Origin: an uncultured delta proteobacterium
Lineage (GTDB): Bacteria; Myxococcota_A; Polyangia; Polyangiales; Polyangiaceae
Direction: 5' to 3'
Length of the DNA: 64,000 nt
Assembly: GCA_963696385.1 (NCBI GenBank)
Contig: CAVOKF010000005.1
Coordinates: 320,001 to 384,000 of the forward strand
Part shown: positions 40,485 through 51,800 of the stretch, piece by piece
How the letters are laid out: each line of letters opens with the position of its first letter
Position numbering within the stretch: position 1 is the stretch's first letter
Notes under the pieces: generated by a model
Databases searched by the model: none
Told to the model about the DNA's origin: nothing
The model's input: the letters and a program-made list of their open reading frames with translations, nothing else
Position numbers and translations under genes: made by a program

Positions 40485-40536
40485 CCTGCCCCGCGATACG
40501 GGTGTGCCGCGATCGTTCGGATGGTACGGTCTCGTC

Positions 40537-41403
40537 GTGTCCACAGCCGATCGGGATCTCGCGGGGCGTCTCATCGTGGTTACGGGAGCGAACACCGGCA
40601 TCGGTCGTGCGACTGCGGAGTGCCTTGCCACCCGCGGGGCGACGGTGGTGCTGGCTTGCCGCTCCGAGGAACGAACCAGGCCCGTGCTCGACCGCATCGT
40701 CGCGCGCGGCGGCGATGCTCTCTTCGTTCCCCTCGATCTCGGCGCGCTCGCATCGGTGCGCGCGGGCGCCGCACGCATCGATGCGCTCGGCCGGCCGATC
40801 GACGTCCTCATCAACAATGGGGGTGTAGCCGGTCAGCGAGGCCTGACGGCCGATGGTTTCGAGCTCGCCTTTGGCACCAACCATCTGGGTCATTTCCTGT
40901 TGACCGTGCTTCTGTCCTCTCGACTCCGCGCAGCCGATCGCGGCCGCATCGTCAATGTCTCGAGTCACGCTCATTACAAGGCGCGTGGGATCGACTTCGA
41001 TGCGGTACGGCGACAGACACGATCCATCACCGGTCTGCCGGAATACGCGGTATCGAAGCTCGCGAACGTATTGTTCACGCGTGGGCTTGCGCGGCGCATC
41101 GGGCCGAGCGGGGTGAAAAGCTATGCCCTTCACCCGGGCACTGTTGCATCGGATGCATGGCGCCGCATGCCCTGGCCGATCCGGCCGCTCATCAAGCTAG
41201 GCATGATTTCGAACGAAGACGGCGCGAAAACGTCGATCTATTGTGCGACCTCGCCGGATGTTGCGGGCGAAGACGGCAATTATTACGACAAGTGCCGGCC
41301 GACGGCGCCCAGTCGAGTCGCGCAGGACGCCGCGCTCGCCGACGATCTTTGGAATCGGAGCATGGAGTTTACCGGGGCACCCCCTTCGATCGCCGCCGGG
41401 TAG
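40537..41403 (+). CDS. SDR oxidoreductase (retinol dehydrogenase-like)
   Basis: TGANTGIG, TNHLGHF, YAVSKLAN, HPG. Confidence 0.93.
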   Translation: MSTADRDLAGRLIVVTGANTGIGRATAECLATRGATVVLACRSEERTRPVLDRIVARGGDALFVPLDLGALASVRAGAARIDALGRPIDVLINNGGVAGQRGLTADGFELAFGTNHLGHFLLTVLLSSRLRAADRGRIVNVSSHAHYKARGIDFDAVRRQTRSITGLPEYAVSKLANVLFTRGLARRIGPSGVKSYALHPGTVASDAWRRMPWPIRPLIKLGMISNEDGAKTSIYCATSPDVAGEDGNYYDKCRPTAPSRVAQDAALADDLWNRSMEFTGAPPSIAAG

Positions 41404-41418
41404 CGACGCGAGCGGCGT

Positions 41419-42264
41419 TCACACGTCGGCGTCGAGTGCGGCGGCCATGCGGGCGAAGGAGCCGACGCCCAACGTCTCGCCACGGTCCGTGAGCGCGACT
41501 CCGGCGGCATTCGCGGCCCGCTCCAGGGCGCATGGGTCGCGGGCGACGCCTGCCCACGCGTTGCGCAGGGTCTTTCTCCGCGCTTGAAACGCAGCGCGCA
41601 CGAGCGCTCGGAACGATGCCGTTTCGCGCGCGCGGGGAGGGTGTACCGGGACGAACTCGACCACCGCGCTCGTGACTTCGGGCGCCGGATGAAACGCGCC
41701 CGCGGGTGCGCGAATGACGCGGCGGATGTCGAACACGGCCTGCGCGAACACGCTGAGGGCGCCGAACGATTTGGTATCCGGCTCCGCCGTGAGGCGACGT
41801 GCGACTTCGTCTTGCACCATGAACACCACCCGGTCGACGGACGCAACCCGGTCGATCGTCAGCCGAAGCAGCGGACCCACGATCGAATAAGGCAAATTCC
41901 CGCAAAGAATCCGGGGGGAGCCGTCGATCGCATCACCTAGGAGCGCTCCCCAGTCGATCGATAGCGCGTCGCCCTCCAGGATGCGTACGGGGGTTCCCTG
42001 AAGCTCGCGCGCGAGCACGGGTACCAGGTCGCGATCGCGTTCGATCGCGATCAGCTCGTGCGTCCGCTCCGCGAGCCGTCGCGTGAGGCTCCCGGTCCCT
42101 GCGCCGATCTCCACGACCCGCGCGTGCCCGATCTCGTCGTCTCGGACGCACGAGCCGGCGATGGCCCTCGCAATGGCGTCCGCGACGAGGAAATTTTGGC
42201 CGAGGCTCTTTTTCGGGCGCAGCCCCGCATGTCGCAGCACGACTCGCGGATCGTGCGCCGTCAT
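41419..42264 (-). CDS. rsmA: 16S rRNA m6,2A dimethyltransferase
   Basis: PKKSLGQNFL, EIGAGTG, GNLPY, FHPAPEVTS, RRKTLRN. Confidence 0.96.
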   Translation of the reverse strand: MTAHDPRVVLRHAGLRPKKSLGQNFLVADAIARAIAGSCVRDDEIGHARVVEIGAGTGSLTRRLAERTHELIAIERDRDLVPVLARELQGTPVRILEGDALSIDWGALLGDAIDGSPRILCGNLPYSIVGPLLRLTIDRVASVDRVVFMVQDEVARRLTAEPDTKSFGALSVFAQAVFDIRRVIRAPAGAFHPAPEVTSAVVEFVPVHPPRARETASFRALVRAAFQARRKTLRNAWAGVARDPCALERAANAAGVALTDRGETLGVGSFARMAAALDADV

Positions 42265-43892
42265 CGCGACTCTCCACGGAATGGATCGTCGTGCAGATCG
42301 CGGCGGTTCGCCTCGCTGGCGCGTCGGCCAGGGCGGGCGAGGACGATGCGAATCCCGAGGCGACGCAAGGCGCGCTCGCCGCGTTCGCGAGCGGCGTGCG
42401 CTCGCACGCACACCGCTTCGTTCACGACGGCGGAAATCTCGACGGCGCCCGGGCGAACCCGATCGACGTGAGGCCTGCCTAATCCCGCTTCGAACGGTGG
42501 GAGGCTCCAGCGCACCTCGATGCCGTGCGCTCGCAGTGCTCCAACCTGGGATGCAAGCAGATCGGGTCGAGACGGGGGCGGCGCCCATACCTGCACGAAG
42601 TCCGGGCGGGGTCTCAGAGCCGACAGGCGTCCCAAAGACGTCGCCAAAGCACGCTCCGCTTCGGGCCGTTCCCCGTCGACGCGCGGTGGCGATTCGATTC
42701 CGAACGAGGCCAGGTAGTGTCTGAGGCGACGTTCCCGCAACGTCGCTCCAAACGGCAGCGGAGGGGAGAATGGGGCTCGCGAGCGAAGGTCATCGATCCG
42801 TGTCGCGAGCGCGTCGAGATCCGCTCTCGGCAGGTCGGCTAGGCCTCTCGGGTCGAGCGGCCTGGCATGTTCGACAACCCGTCGCGCGACCTCCGCTTCG
42901 TCAATCTCCGAGCGGTCCGCATCGACGGTTTCCGCCGCGCCCGCGAGCGCGCGGGCCAGAATCGACACGTGTGTCGCGCTGGCTTGGGGCTCGATCCATG
43001 CCTGTATGCGGGAAGCCACAACGACGAGGCCGACGCGGTCCCCGTGGCGCAAGCAGGCACCCGCAAACGACGCGACGTCGTCGACGACCCGGTCCAGCGG
43101 TGCGTTGCCGACGGGTCCCGCCCACAGCTCGACCGACGCGTCGACGACCAGCCAGATCAGGGCGCGATCCCCGCGGTCCATTTCTCGAACGAGCAGGCGT
43201 CCGCGGCGCGCGCTCGCCTTCCACGCGATTCGCTTGAACGGATCCCCGGGCGCGTAATCCCGCAGCTCACGCAGATCATGGCCTTCCAAGGGCCGGCCCG
43301 AACGCTCGGCTGCGGCCGTCGTCCTCGTTCGACCGCCGCGCGGCGATCCGACGAACGCCGAAAGCGCCGCCGGAAGAACCTCGATTCCAAGCGGGTTTGC
43401 GAAGAGGAGCGGCACTTCGAAAGCGCCCGTGGCACCGAAGGGCGTTGCGCTCACCTCGAGCCCCAAGCCGTGAATGCCCCATTGTCCAACCCGAGGCGCT
43501 TGCACCTTCAATTCGACGGTCGCGCTGGCATGGGGCGGCAGATCGAGCAGGTCGGGCTCGAGCGTGACCGATAGGAGGCTCGACGCGATGGGTTGGAGCC
43601 CGCTGACCCGGATGCGCTCATCTCCGCCGTTTCGTAGCTCGCTACGGATGACGACGCTGCCGCCGCGCGGCACGACGTGAACCCGTCGGGCGTCCGCCCA
43701 TGTCATCTCGAATCCGGCCGACCGTAACCGCGCGACGCCGACGCGGGCAATCGCTTGCCCAAACGCGATAGCAAGCAGCATCGCGCCGCCGAACCCGACA
43801 ACGGGCGGGAGCCGTGCGGCCGCCCCGAGGGTCACCATGGCGATACCCGCGACAGCCACATGAAACGTTGCTCGCGTAGGATACAGATGCAC
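42261..43892 (-). CDS. DUF58 domain protein
   Basis: LRELRDYAPGDPFKRIAWKASAR..LVRE and VVDAS. Confidence 0.92.
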   Translation of the reverse strand: MHLYPTRATFHVAVAGIAMVTLGAAARLPPVVGFGGAMLLAIAFGQAIARVGVARLRSAGFEMTWADARRVHVVPRGGSVVIRSELRNGGDERIRVSGLQPIASSLLSVTLEPDLLDLPPHASATVELKVQAPRVGQWGIHGLGLEVSATPFGATGAFEVPLLFANPLGIEVLPAALSAFVGSPRGGRTRTTAAAERSGRPLEGHDLRELRDYAPGDPFKRIAWKASARRGRLLVREMDRGDRALIWLVVDASVELWAGPVGNAPLDRVVDDVASFAGACLRHGDRVGLVVVASRIQAWIEPQASATHVSILARALAGAAETVDADRSEIDEAEVARRVVEHARPLDPRGLADLPRADLDALATRIDDLRSRAPFSPPLPFGATLRERRLRHYLASFGIESPPRVDGERPEAERALATSLGRLSALRPRPDFVQVWAPPPSRPDLLASQVGALRAHGIEVRWSLPPFEAGLGRPHVDRVRPGAVEISAVVNEAVCVRAHAARERGERALRRLGIRIVLARPGRRASEANRRDLHDDPFRGESR

Positions 43893-43916
43893 GATGGGCT
43901 CGCGGTCGGGTCTAGC

Positions 43917-44888
43917 TCACACGGCCCGCATTCCGCGTCGATAGCCCACTCGAGCGAGCGCGTCCTCGACCACGCGCTCCCGCGCGCCCGGTTCGGCTTC
44001 GGCTTCGGCAATCATCACGATCCGGTGGGCGAGTACGCTCGAAGCGACCGCGCGGATGTCGTCCGGAGCGACGAAAGGCCGACCGCTCATCAACGCGAAG
44101 GCCTTTGCAGCTTGAATGAGCCCCAAAGTCGCTCGCGGGCTTGTGCCGAGGGCCACACGGACGTGCACCCGGGTGAACTGGGAGATCGCGACGGCGTAGG
44201 CGAGCAGATCATCCTCGACGTAGACGCTGGACGCGAGCGCCTGAAGCTGCACGACAGCGCGCGGGTCGAGCACGGCCCGAGAGCTGGGCGACGCTACGCC
44301 ATGCGTCTTCAGCATTTGCGCTTCCTCGCGCGGCGACGGGTAGGTGACCGCGACGCGCACGAGAAAGCGATCGATTTGAGCCTCCGGAAGCGGGTAAGTG
44401 CCCTCGAGGTCGATAGGGTTCTGCGTGGCGAGCACGAGAAAGGGCGACGGAAGCTCGTAGCGGTCACCCTCGATCGTCACCTGTCGCTCTTGCATCGCTT
44501 CGAGCAGCGCACTCTGCGTCTTGGCGGGCGCGCGGTTGATCTCGTCGGCGAGCAGCACGTTGGCGAAGACGGGTCCGGCGCGCAGAGCGAACGTTCCTTC
44601 TCGCGGGGACAGGACGTAGGTCCCCGTAATGTCAGCCGGCAGCAGATCCGGTGTGAATTGGATCCGTCGAATGGTGCAACCGAGCGCCGCGGCAAAAGCT
44701 TTGACCAGCGTCGTTTTGGCCACGCCGGGAACCCCTTCGAGCAGCGCGTGGCCACGAGCCAACATCGCCATGATCAGCGCGTCGATGGGTCGGACGGATC
44801 CGACGTAGACTTGCGCCACCTCCTGCCGCACCTGGTCGAGACGGTCTCGGGCGGCGGCGATCTCGCTCGCATCCACTGCCGCGCTCAC
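43917..44888 (-). CDS. moxR: MoxR-family AAA ATPase
   Basis: GVPGVAKT, RIQFTPDLLPAD, DEINRA, ATQNP, PLPEAQIDRF. Confidence 0.96.
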   Translation of the reverse strand: MSAAVDASEIAAARDRLDQVRQEVAQVYVGSVRPIDALIMAMLARGHALLEGVPGVAKTTLVKAFAAALGCTIRRIQFTPDLLPADITGTYVLSPREGTFALRAGPVFANVLLADEINRAPAKTQSALLEAMQERQVTIEGDRYELPSPFLVLATQNPIDLEGTYPLPEAQIDRFLVRVAVTYPSPREEAQMLKTHGVASPSSRAVLDPRAVVQLQALASSVYVEDDLLAYAVAISQFTRVHVRVALGTSPRATLGLIQAAKAFALMSGRPFVAPDDIRAVASSVLAHRIVMIAEAEAEPGARERVVEDALARVGYRRGMRAV

Positions 44889-46279
44889 GATCTCCCACCA
44901 AGTATACCATGGCGTTGCGCGTCCACGGCGGCGAGTACGCTTCGCACCCGATGGACGGCCTCGCGGAGCTCGGCATCGCTCGGGCGGCTCAGCCTGGAAT
45001 GGCGCCCGCCGGGCATGGGCACCTGGAAACGAGCCAATTGCTTGAGCAGGGCACCGAGTGCCTTCGCACGCTCGGCGTCCAAGAGCCCGGCCTCCAACGC
45101 TCGCGCGATGAGCCGGTCGTGCGCGACGATTCGATCAAGGCCGAGCCGCGTGGCGAGCTGCTCCTCGAGGGCGTTCCTGAGCTCGACCAGCGCGAGCAAC
45201 CTTGACGTGCCCGCTGAAGCTGCACTCAGAGCCGCCGCATGCCCGGCGATGCCACCCTGTGCCAGAATCGAGACCGGGCGTGTGAACCGAGGCGTCGACC
45301 GCTTGTAAGTGCGACCGGCTCGCGTTCCCGCCCAGAACACGACGCCTAGGCCTAAGGCGACCGCTAGGACATACGTGACGTTCGGCGGCAGGCCTCCTCG
45401 CAAGGCGTTGATCGCCCCCGCGGCGATGCGATCGACCGCACCGGCCGGGTCTGCCCGAAAGGATCCACGGTACCGTCCGTGAACCGTAAAGTCCCCCGCC
45501 AGAAAGTACAGCTTTCCGGTACGTGCAGTCGTGCCAATCTCGTGCCCAAGCCCATCGGGCGGTGCCGCGGCCTCGGCTGCGAAGCGAATGAGACCGCGCG
45601 CGAACTCGAGGTTGCCTGGGTAGCGTAGCATCGCATTCATGGCGACGGATGCGTCGCCCACCGCCACGAGGCGGCCCTTCCCGACGACGCCGGCAACGGC
45701 GAGCACGACATCCTCGCCCCGACCTCGCACCACCAACAGGGGTGTGAGCCGATCCTCGGAAAGCCCGGTGGCGTGGTTCGTGACGACTCGCTCCACGTTC
45801 CGTACGAGCGGATGCACTCCGACCGCATCGGCGACGGCGAAAACCGGATTGGACCGCAACATCGCGTTCGGTCGCTCCGGCAGCGGTACGCGACGGATTC
45901 CAAAGTGCTCGAGCAAGACGTCGCCCGTGCCGTAATCGTCCATCAGAATCACTCGGCCGCCGGAGCGCATGAAGGCCGACAGATCGTCGGGGTCGATCTC
46001 CCGCTCCGGATGAACGAGCACGAGTGCGTCGGTCACCTCCAGTCGATCGAGGTCCAACCTTTGCGCCACGACGACGAGGTGGCCATCGGGGATCTCGCTT
46101 CGCGCCAGGGCGACGAGCTGCGAGAGCCCGTCCCAACCGTCGTCCGTCGGGTCGAGCGGTTTGGCCAGGGCGGGCAGAGCAAGAAGAGCCACCGCGAAAG
46201 CGACCCGCGCGGCCGGGAGCCAGGCCTGGCGTCGGGGCCGAGCTAGTTTGCCCGCTTCAGCCGATCTTGACCCTGGCAC
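44885..46279 (-). CDS. DUF4350-like membrane protein (start uncertain, probably downstream of 46279)
   Basis: Signal, WDGLSQL, GGRVILMDD, DAS..NAML..PGN, TM; operonic with moxR. Confidence 0.8.
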   Translation of the reverse strand: MPGSRSAEAGKLARPRRQAWLPAARVAFAVALLALPALAKPLDPTDDGWDGLSQLVALARSEIPDGHLVVVAQRLDLDRLEVTDALVLVHPEREIDPDDLSAFMRSGGRVILMDDYGTGDVLLEHFGIRRVPLPERPNAMLRSNPVFAVADAVGVHPLVRNVERVVTNHATGLSEDRLTPLLVVRGRGEDVVLAVAGVVGKGRLVAVGDASVAMNAMLRYPGNLEFARGLIRFAAEAAAPPDGLGHEIGTTARTGKLYFLAGDFTVHGRYRGSFRADPAGAVDRIAAGAINALRGGLPPNVTYVLAVALGLGVVFWAGTRAGRTYKRSTPRFTRPVSILAQGGIAGHAAALSAASAGTSRLLALVELRNALEEQLATRLGLDRIVAHDRLIARALEAGLLDAERAKALGALLKQLARFQVPMPGGRHSRLSRPSDAELREAVHRVRSVLAAVDAQRHGILGGRS

Positions 46280-46323
46280 TCTCGTTGCTATCCTTTTTCA
46301 AGGGCGATGGCACCTGCTTCGCT
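46274..46323 (+). promoter_or_regulatory. Two tandem putative sigma54 promoters
   Basis: TGGCACTCTCGTTGCT (46274) and TGGCACCTGCTTCGCT (46308), both GG-N10-GC. Confidence 0.72.
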
Positions 46324-46373
46324 CGTCGACGAAGTCATCCTCACACGAGTCTGGAAAGAAAGAGGAGGTCTCG

Positions 46374-46556
46374 ATGTTGCCTCCGTTCATTATCGAGCAA
46401 ATTCGTCAGCGAGAAGAGCAAGAGCGTGCTCGTTACGAGCAGCCACGTCTGGAGTTGCCGGTGGATCGACCCGCTCCGCACGCTCCCCGCGCCCCGGAAG
46501 ACAAAGCCGAGCGCGGCGTCGTCATCATCGACTTGTTGAGCGACTCCGCCGTCTGA
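46374..46556 (+). CDS. Small hypothetical protein (60 aa)
   Basis: Strong RBS GAGGAGG; MLPPFIIEQIRQREEQ..QPRLELP..RGVVIIDL. Confidence 0.8.
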   Translation: MLPPFIIEQIRQREEQERARYEQPRLELPVDRPAPHAPRAPEDKAERGVVIIDLLSDSAV

Positions 46557-46743
46557 AAGTTGCGCCCCGGCCTCTCGGCTAAGCTGGCTCGTGTGCGACG
46601 GCAGTCGGCCTGAGCCCGCACGTGCGGCGACAGCGGACTCTCGAGCGGTGCTCGACACCCACGCTTGTGGTGACTAGGCTCGCGGGCCATGACGGCGAGC
46701 CGCCTCGCCGAAAATCGCTTTCGCTGCGGGGCCCTACCCATTG

Positions 46744-48831
46744 ATGGTTCTTCGCTTCCTGTTCGGTCTTGCTGTCGCCGTCTGCCTAGTCCCCGCTTGC
46801 TATTCGGGGGGCGGCGGGACCGCGCCGCCTCCAAACACGTTCTATTATCCCACCGGCCTGGCCGTTTCGCAGGGCGGTAACGCGCTGTACGCCGTCAATT
46901 CCGACTTCGACCTACAATGGAACGGCGGCACGTTGCAGGTCTACGACTTGTTTCTGCTGCGGCGTGACGCCGATCTTCTGATCAACGCGAACCTCAGCGT
47001 GCCGGGCGCGCCCTCGCCCACAGCGTGTTCGGGCAATTCGGCGGCGACCGCCGACTGCATCCCGTTTCTCAGCCCCTGGGAGATGCCCGGCCAACCGGGA
47101 AGTTGCGTCGACACCACTCCCACCCCAAGCGTGACGGAGGCCAACGGCACCCGCGTGCCATTGGGCGAGGATTGCGCCCCGGCGGTCGACTCGACACGCT
47201 ACATACAAGACTCTTTCACGATCGGCGCGTTTGCGACGCAGTTGCAGCTGTCGCCGGACGGATCGCGCCTGTTCACACCCGTCACCGGCAATGCGTCGCT
47301 CACGTGGGCCAACGTGGTGCCCGACGACCCGAACACCGTTCCTCCCCGGGATATGGCCGTTGCGGCCGCAGCTTGCGAGCCGGATGCCGGCTCTTCAACG
47401 TGCCACAAGTGGACCCCGTCGCAGCCTACGCCGTACGACACCTCGACCAGCCCTTTCGTCATCGACTGCGCTCCAGACGCCAACGGACAGTGTACGAGGA
47501 CCGCGGGCGGCGTCCTTGATCCGGGCGACAGCCGGGGAGTAACGATGCCCGGCGAGCCTTTCGGAATGGCGTTGACCCCCGATGGAACGGCCGTGGCAAT
47601 CACGCACCAAACGACGACCCAAACGTCGCTGCTCACGACCGGGTGCGGGGCGTATGCGATCGCCGGCGGCAGCGCGATCGACGCGGGCGTACCCGACGAC
47701 GGGGGCGCTGCTGCCGCGATCGACGACGCTGCGCCCGACGAAGGTGCTCCGACCGGGATGGGCGGCGCCGCACCCGACGGCGGCGCCGCCCCGGCAGAGG
47801 AGACGATGAGCCTCGTAGCGAGCTGCGAGACGAGTACTCCACCGTCGATGCAATACGTCCTTGGTGGGTCCGCAACGCCGTCCAATCCGGCAGCGACGGC
47901 CCCCCCGGTGGGCGGGCTTCCCAATGGCGGCAGCGGCATCGCGGCCATTCCCCACGACAACAGCCTCAACTCGCCTGCCCGTGGGTGCGAGTACACGAAC
48001 GACACGCCGCCGTGCGTGCGGCCTTCGTTCCTCGAAACGAGCGATAGCAACGCGCAGATCGACCTGCTCCGTTATTACGACGACCTCGGCTCTTCGCTCG
48101 ATCGTCCATTCCTCGTCCTCGAGACGGCGTTTCCGCTGACCGCCAATGCGACTGGAACCAACCAGAGGGGCATCGCCATTGACCCGACGCCTCGCATGGC
48201 ATGCAGGGCCCGCGCCGCGCAGAACAATGGCGGGGTGCTCTCGGCGGCCGACGACGCGGCCTGCGGAACCGTTCCCTCGCGCGTATTCATAGCGAGCCGA
48301 ACCCCCGCGTCGCTCATCGTCGGCCAAGTGGGCGGCATATCCGCAGACGGGACCACGTTCGACCCCGATCTGCTGGTGATTACCGGCAACAAGCCGCTGT
48401 CCAACGGCCCGTCCAACGTCTACCTGGCGCCGATCGTGAACCCGCTGGGTCAGTACGAGCTGCGCGTCTTCATCGTTTGCTTCGACTCGAGCCAGATCTT
48501 CGTCTACGACCCCGACTACGATTTGGTGGAGACCGTGATCAATGTGGGCCCGGGACCGTTCGCCATGGCGTTCGACCCTTTCGACCTCGACGACGTCGCG
48601 AAGAATGCCGACGTACCCCTCGACCCCCGACAAGTCGACGGGCAATCAGCCGACGTGGCTCCGGGCACGCCGCACACCTTGAAGAGGTATCGCTTCGCGT
48701 ACGTGGCGAGCTTCACGCAGTCGTTCGTGCAGATGATCGACCTCGATGACTCGTTGCCGGCCATCAGCCCTCAGACGTACGAGAATGTCGTGTTCACGCT
48801 CGGCTTGCCGACGCCGCCGAAAGGGTCGTGA
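46744..48831 (+). CDS. Large Cys-containing lipoprotein, probable beta-propeller
   Basis: Lipobox VPAC; YYPTGLAV..YAVNSDFDL, GEPFGM, GPFAM and YVASF blade-like strands. Confidence 0.85.
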   Translation: MVLRFLFGLAVAVCLVPACYSGGGGTAPPPNTFYYPTGLAVSQGGNALYAVNSDFDLQWNGGTLQVYDLFLLRRDADLLINANLSVPGAPSPTACSGNSAATADCIPFLSPWEMPGQPGSCVDTTPTPSVTEANGTRVPLGEDCAPAVDSTRYIQDSFTIGAFATQLQLSPDGSRLFTPVTGNASLTWANVVPDDPNTVPPRDMAVAAAACEPDAGSSTCHKWTPSQPTPYDTSTSPFVIDCAPDANGQCTRTAGGVLDPGDSRGVTMPGEPFGMALTPDGTAVAITHQTTTQTSLLTTGCGAYAIAGGSAIDAGVPDDGGAAAAIDDAAPDEGAPTGMGGAAPDGGAAPAEETMSLVASCETSTPPSMQYVLGGSATPSNPAATAPPVGGLPNGGSGIAAIPHDNSLNSPARGCEYTNDTPPCVRPSFLETSDSNAQIDLLRYYDDLGSSLDRPFLVLETAFPLTANATGTNQRGIAIDPTPRMACRARAAQNNGGVLSAADDAACGTVPSRVFIASRTPASLIVGQVGGISADGTTFDPDLLVITGNKPLSNGPSNVYLAPIVNPLGQYELRVFIVCFDSSQIFVYDPDYDLVETVINVGPGPFAMAFDPFDLDDVAKNADVPLDPRQVDGQSADVAPGTPHTLKRYRFAYVASFTQSFVQMIDLDDSLPAISPQTYENVVFTLGLPTPPKGS

Positions 48832-48834
48832 CCC

Positions 48835-51800
48835 ATGCGGCCGGCGAGAGTCTTCGGCTTCGCGGGACTGACGGCGCTGTTGCTCGCCACGGGCGTCGTC
48901 GTCGTCACGGGCGTCAGTTGCTCGTCGACACCGAGTCCGGTGCCGATTCGCACCTTCGAACGACCCCAGAAAATGGCCGTCGTATGCCTCGGCGTGAACA
49001 GTGCGGACGGGGCTCCCGCGCCCGTGGTCACCCCGCTCCCGCTCGCGGATTGCCCCCCCGTACCGCCTACGGTCATTGGGTCACCCTTCCAGAATCACGT
49101 CATGGTGCTCGTCACGCAGCGGACACGCGGTCAGCTTGCGGTCGTGGATCTGACCGGAGGCCAAGTCGTCGACGAGGACCGGTCGACGCCCGGCATCAAC
49201 TTGATTCCGGTCGGGGCCGATCCAACCGACGTCGTCGTCACACCGGATTTGTTTTTGGTGGAGGGGGACACGGCGGTTCCTCCCCTCGTGTTCGTGGCGA
49301 GCGCCCCGACGAACCAACCGGCTATCTACAGCATTCCGAGCTCGAAGCTCTTGGGCGATTCGATGGGGCTCGACGCACAGCCACCGGAGCTTACGAGCTT
49401 CGCGGCATGTTCGCTCCCGCAACCTCCCCAAGCGCTAGGCGTGGCGATCACGACGTCGGGCGGGGATGCCGGCGGTCCGGCGTACGTCGTCGTCGTGCTT
49501 CTGCGCGCGTTTCTGGGAGCTCCGGCCCAGATCGTGGCGGTGGATCCGAGGCCGTTCTCCACGACAATCGAGCCGGGCACGTTGCCCCCGTGCACGATCT
49601 TGGGCCAGGCTGCTTTTTCTGGCGCGGTGCCGGCCACCGGGCCGGCGTCGGCATGGCCCGACGGCGTCGTATACGCGGACGCTGGCGATCTGCAGGCGAA
49701 TGAGCCGCCGCTCGGGCCAAGTTGCTCGTCCCCGCCGGTTTCGGTCGGGGACGCAATGGCCACTACGGCTGCGGGCGGCGATTCCGGTGCGCTTGAAGCG
49801 GGGGTCACGGACGCGGGTCCGATGGCCGAGGAGGCCGCGAGCAACGACTCCGGGGCCCCAGACGCGGCGGGCGCGACGCCCGGTGGTGGCGATGCCGGTC
49901 CCGCAGTGGGCGCCGGGCAGGCCGCAGTGGGCGCGGGGCTCGTGCTCCCGCCGGTCGGTCCTCCGCAGCCGACCGCCATGGTCCTTCGGGACGACGCGCC
50001 CATCGCGTATGTCGCGGATGAGTCCGTTCCCCTCATCCATATCATCGACCTGAGCGATCCGGCGTCACCGCGCGAAATCGGCCAATTCGTCGCAACGAGC
50101 GTCGCGAACCCTTCCCGTCAGGTCCAGGTCGGCGGTCTCGCACTCAGTCCCACGACGAGCGATCTTCGTCGCTACCTCTACGCCATCGACATGAACGAGG
50201 GCACTCTGATGGTCTTCGACGCCACGAGCCCTGCGCCCCAGACCCCTGCGCAAGCGCCGCTCCTTCGGCCCCACGCGGAGCTCAATCCGTTCGTGCCTCC
50301 CGACCGCCTTTCGTTCTCGGCGCCTGTAGCGGCGATGACGTTCGTTCTGCACGATTGGCCGCTCGTTCCGCCGTCGCCCAATACGGATGAAGTCCATGCC
50401 TACACGGGCCTGCTCTGCAACCCGAACCCGAACGCGGCGGGGTCCGTCGCCGGAACGTTCGTGGACGGAGGCCTCGGCGGGTTCTACCGGACCGATGAGG
50501 TGGCCATCATTCAGCCTCAAGGCAGCGGCGTGGAGGGCTGGCCCGCGCGGCTACGAGGCGTCTTCGGGTTCGTGACGCTGTCGAACGGCAGCATCGTGGT
50601 CGTGGACGTCGACGACTGGGACGCTCCGTGCCGCCGGCCCGACCCGATGAATACCGTCGATGGCGGTCCCGCCTTTCAGCTGGGCGTGCTCGACTTGCCG
50701 GAGCCCGCCCCGCTCTCGGCCGACGATCTCGACCCGTATCACGCGCCGAGCACGGTCCTGACCAACGACAGCAATACCGGCGTCACGCAGGAAGTGTTTT
50801 TCCCCGTATCCGCTCCGAACCGCATGCGCTCCCAGTTCCTGTTGCGCAACGATCCGACCTCGGGCGTGCATGAACCTTACGTTTCCGTCGTTCCTCAACT
50901 GTACGACTCGACGGGCGCAGTCGTGTCGTACGCGAGCGGCGGAACGGCGGCGTTGATCCTGCCGACCGCCCTGTCGCCTGGATTTGCGGATCCGGCGTAC
51001 ATCGAGAACCCTACGGTAGTCGACTTGGATTACACGTATATTTCGCCGGCGCTGGCTACCGCGAGCGGTCAGGCGGGCGCGGGTGCCGCGGTGCTGTTTC
51101 CTGGTGCAGCCGCAACGGTTCCCGGCGTGCGTGTCTCGCTCGATGACCCCACCGCTCATATCGACCAGGACTGGTCGGTCACGTACGAAGGCGTGCTGCC
51201 CACGGCCAATGGCATTTTCGCCGATATCGCCTCGGCGGATAGCAGTTATGAGACGCTGACCTTCGCTCCCGCGCCGGCGTCGGAGGATGCGGGCGGGTCG
51301 AACGGCGCGGATTTCTGCGAGCGTGGGATCGAAGACTGGAATACCGGTCGGATCCGCGCAAGCGCAGCCCTCGACGCGATGGCGGCTGCCGGGCTCTCTC
51401 CTCCTCCTTACGTCCAAAACCTCGGCCAATGGAGTGCGGACTACATCGAGATCACCGACGATCTTCTCGCCCCGGGCGACCCATACTGGTCCCTGCCTGT
51501 GAAGTCGACATCCGGAGGTCTCGAGAACCCGTGCTGGCAGGGGCTCACCGTCATCGACGGGACGGCGCTCGACGACGATGCTGCCGCGTCGATCGCGAAC
51601 GAGCGCTACAACGCCTGCTTCCAAACGTACAATTCGGCCTCCAACGACGACTTCAACTACACGCGCGATTTCCCGATCCTGCAGGCGACCGACAATGCCC
51701 TGGTCGTCGGGCGCTTCGCCTGGCCCACGAGCACGGACGAGCTGCCGACCAACCGCACCATCGTGGGTCCCGATCCGAGCAACGTTCCCTACCTGAGGCT

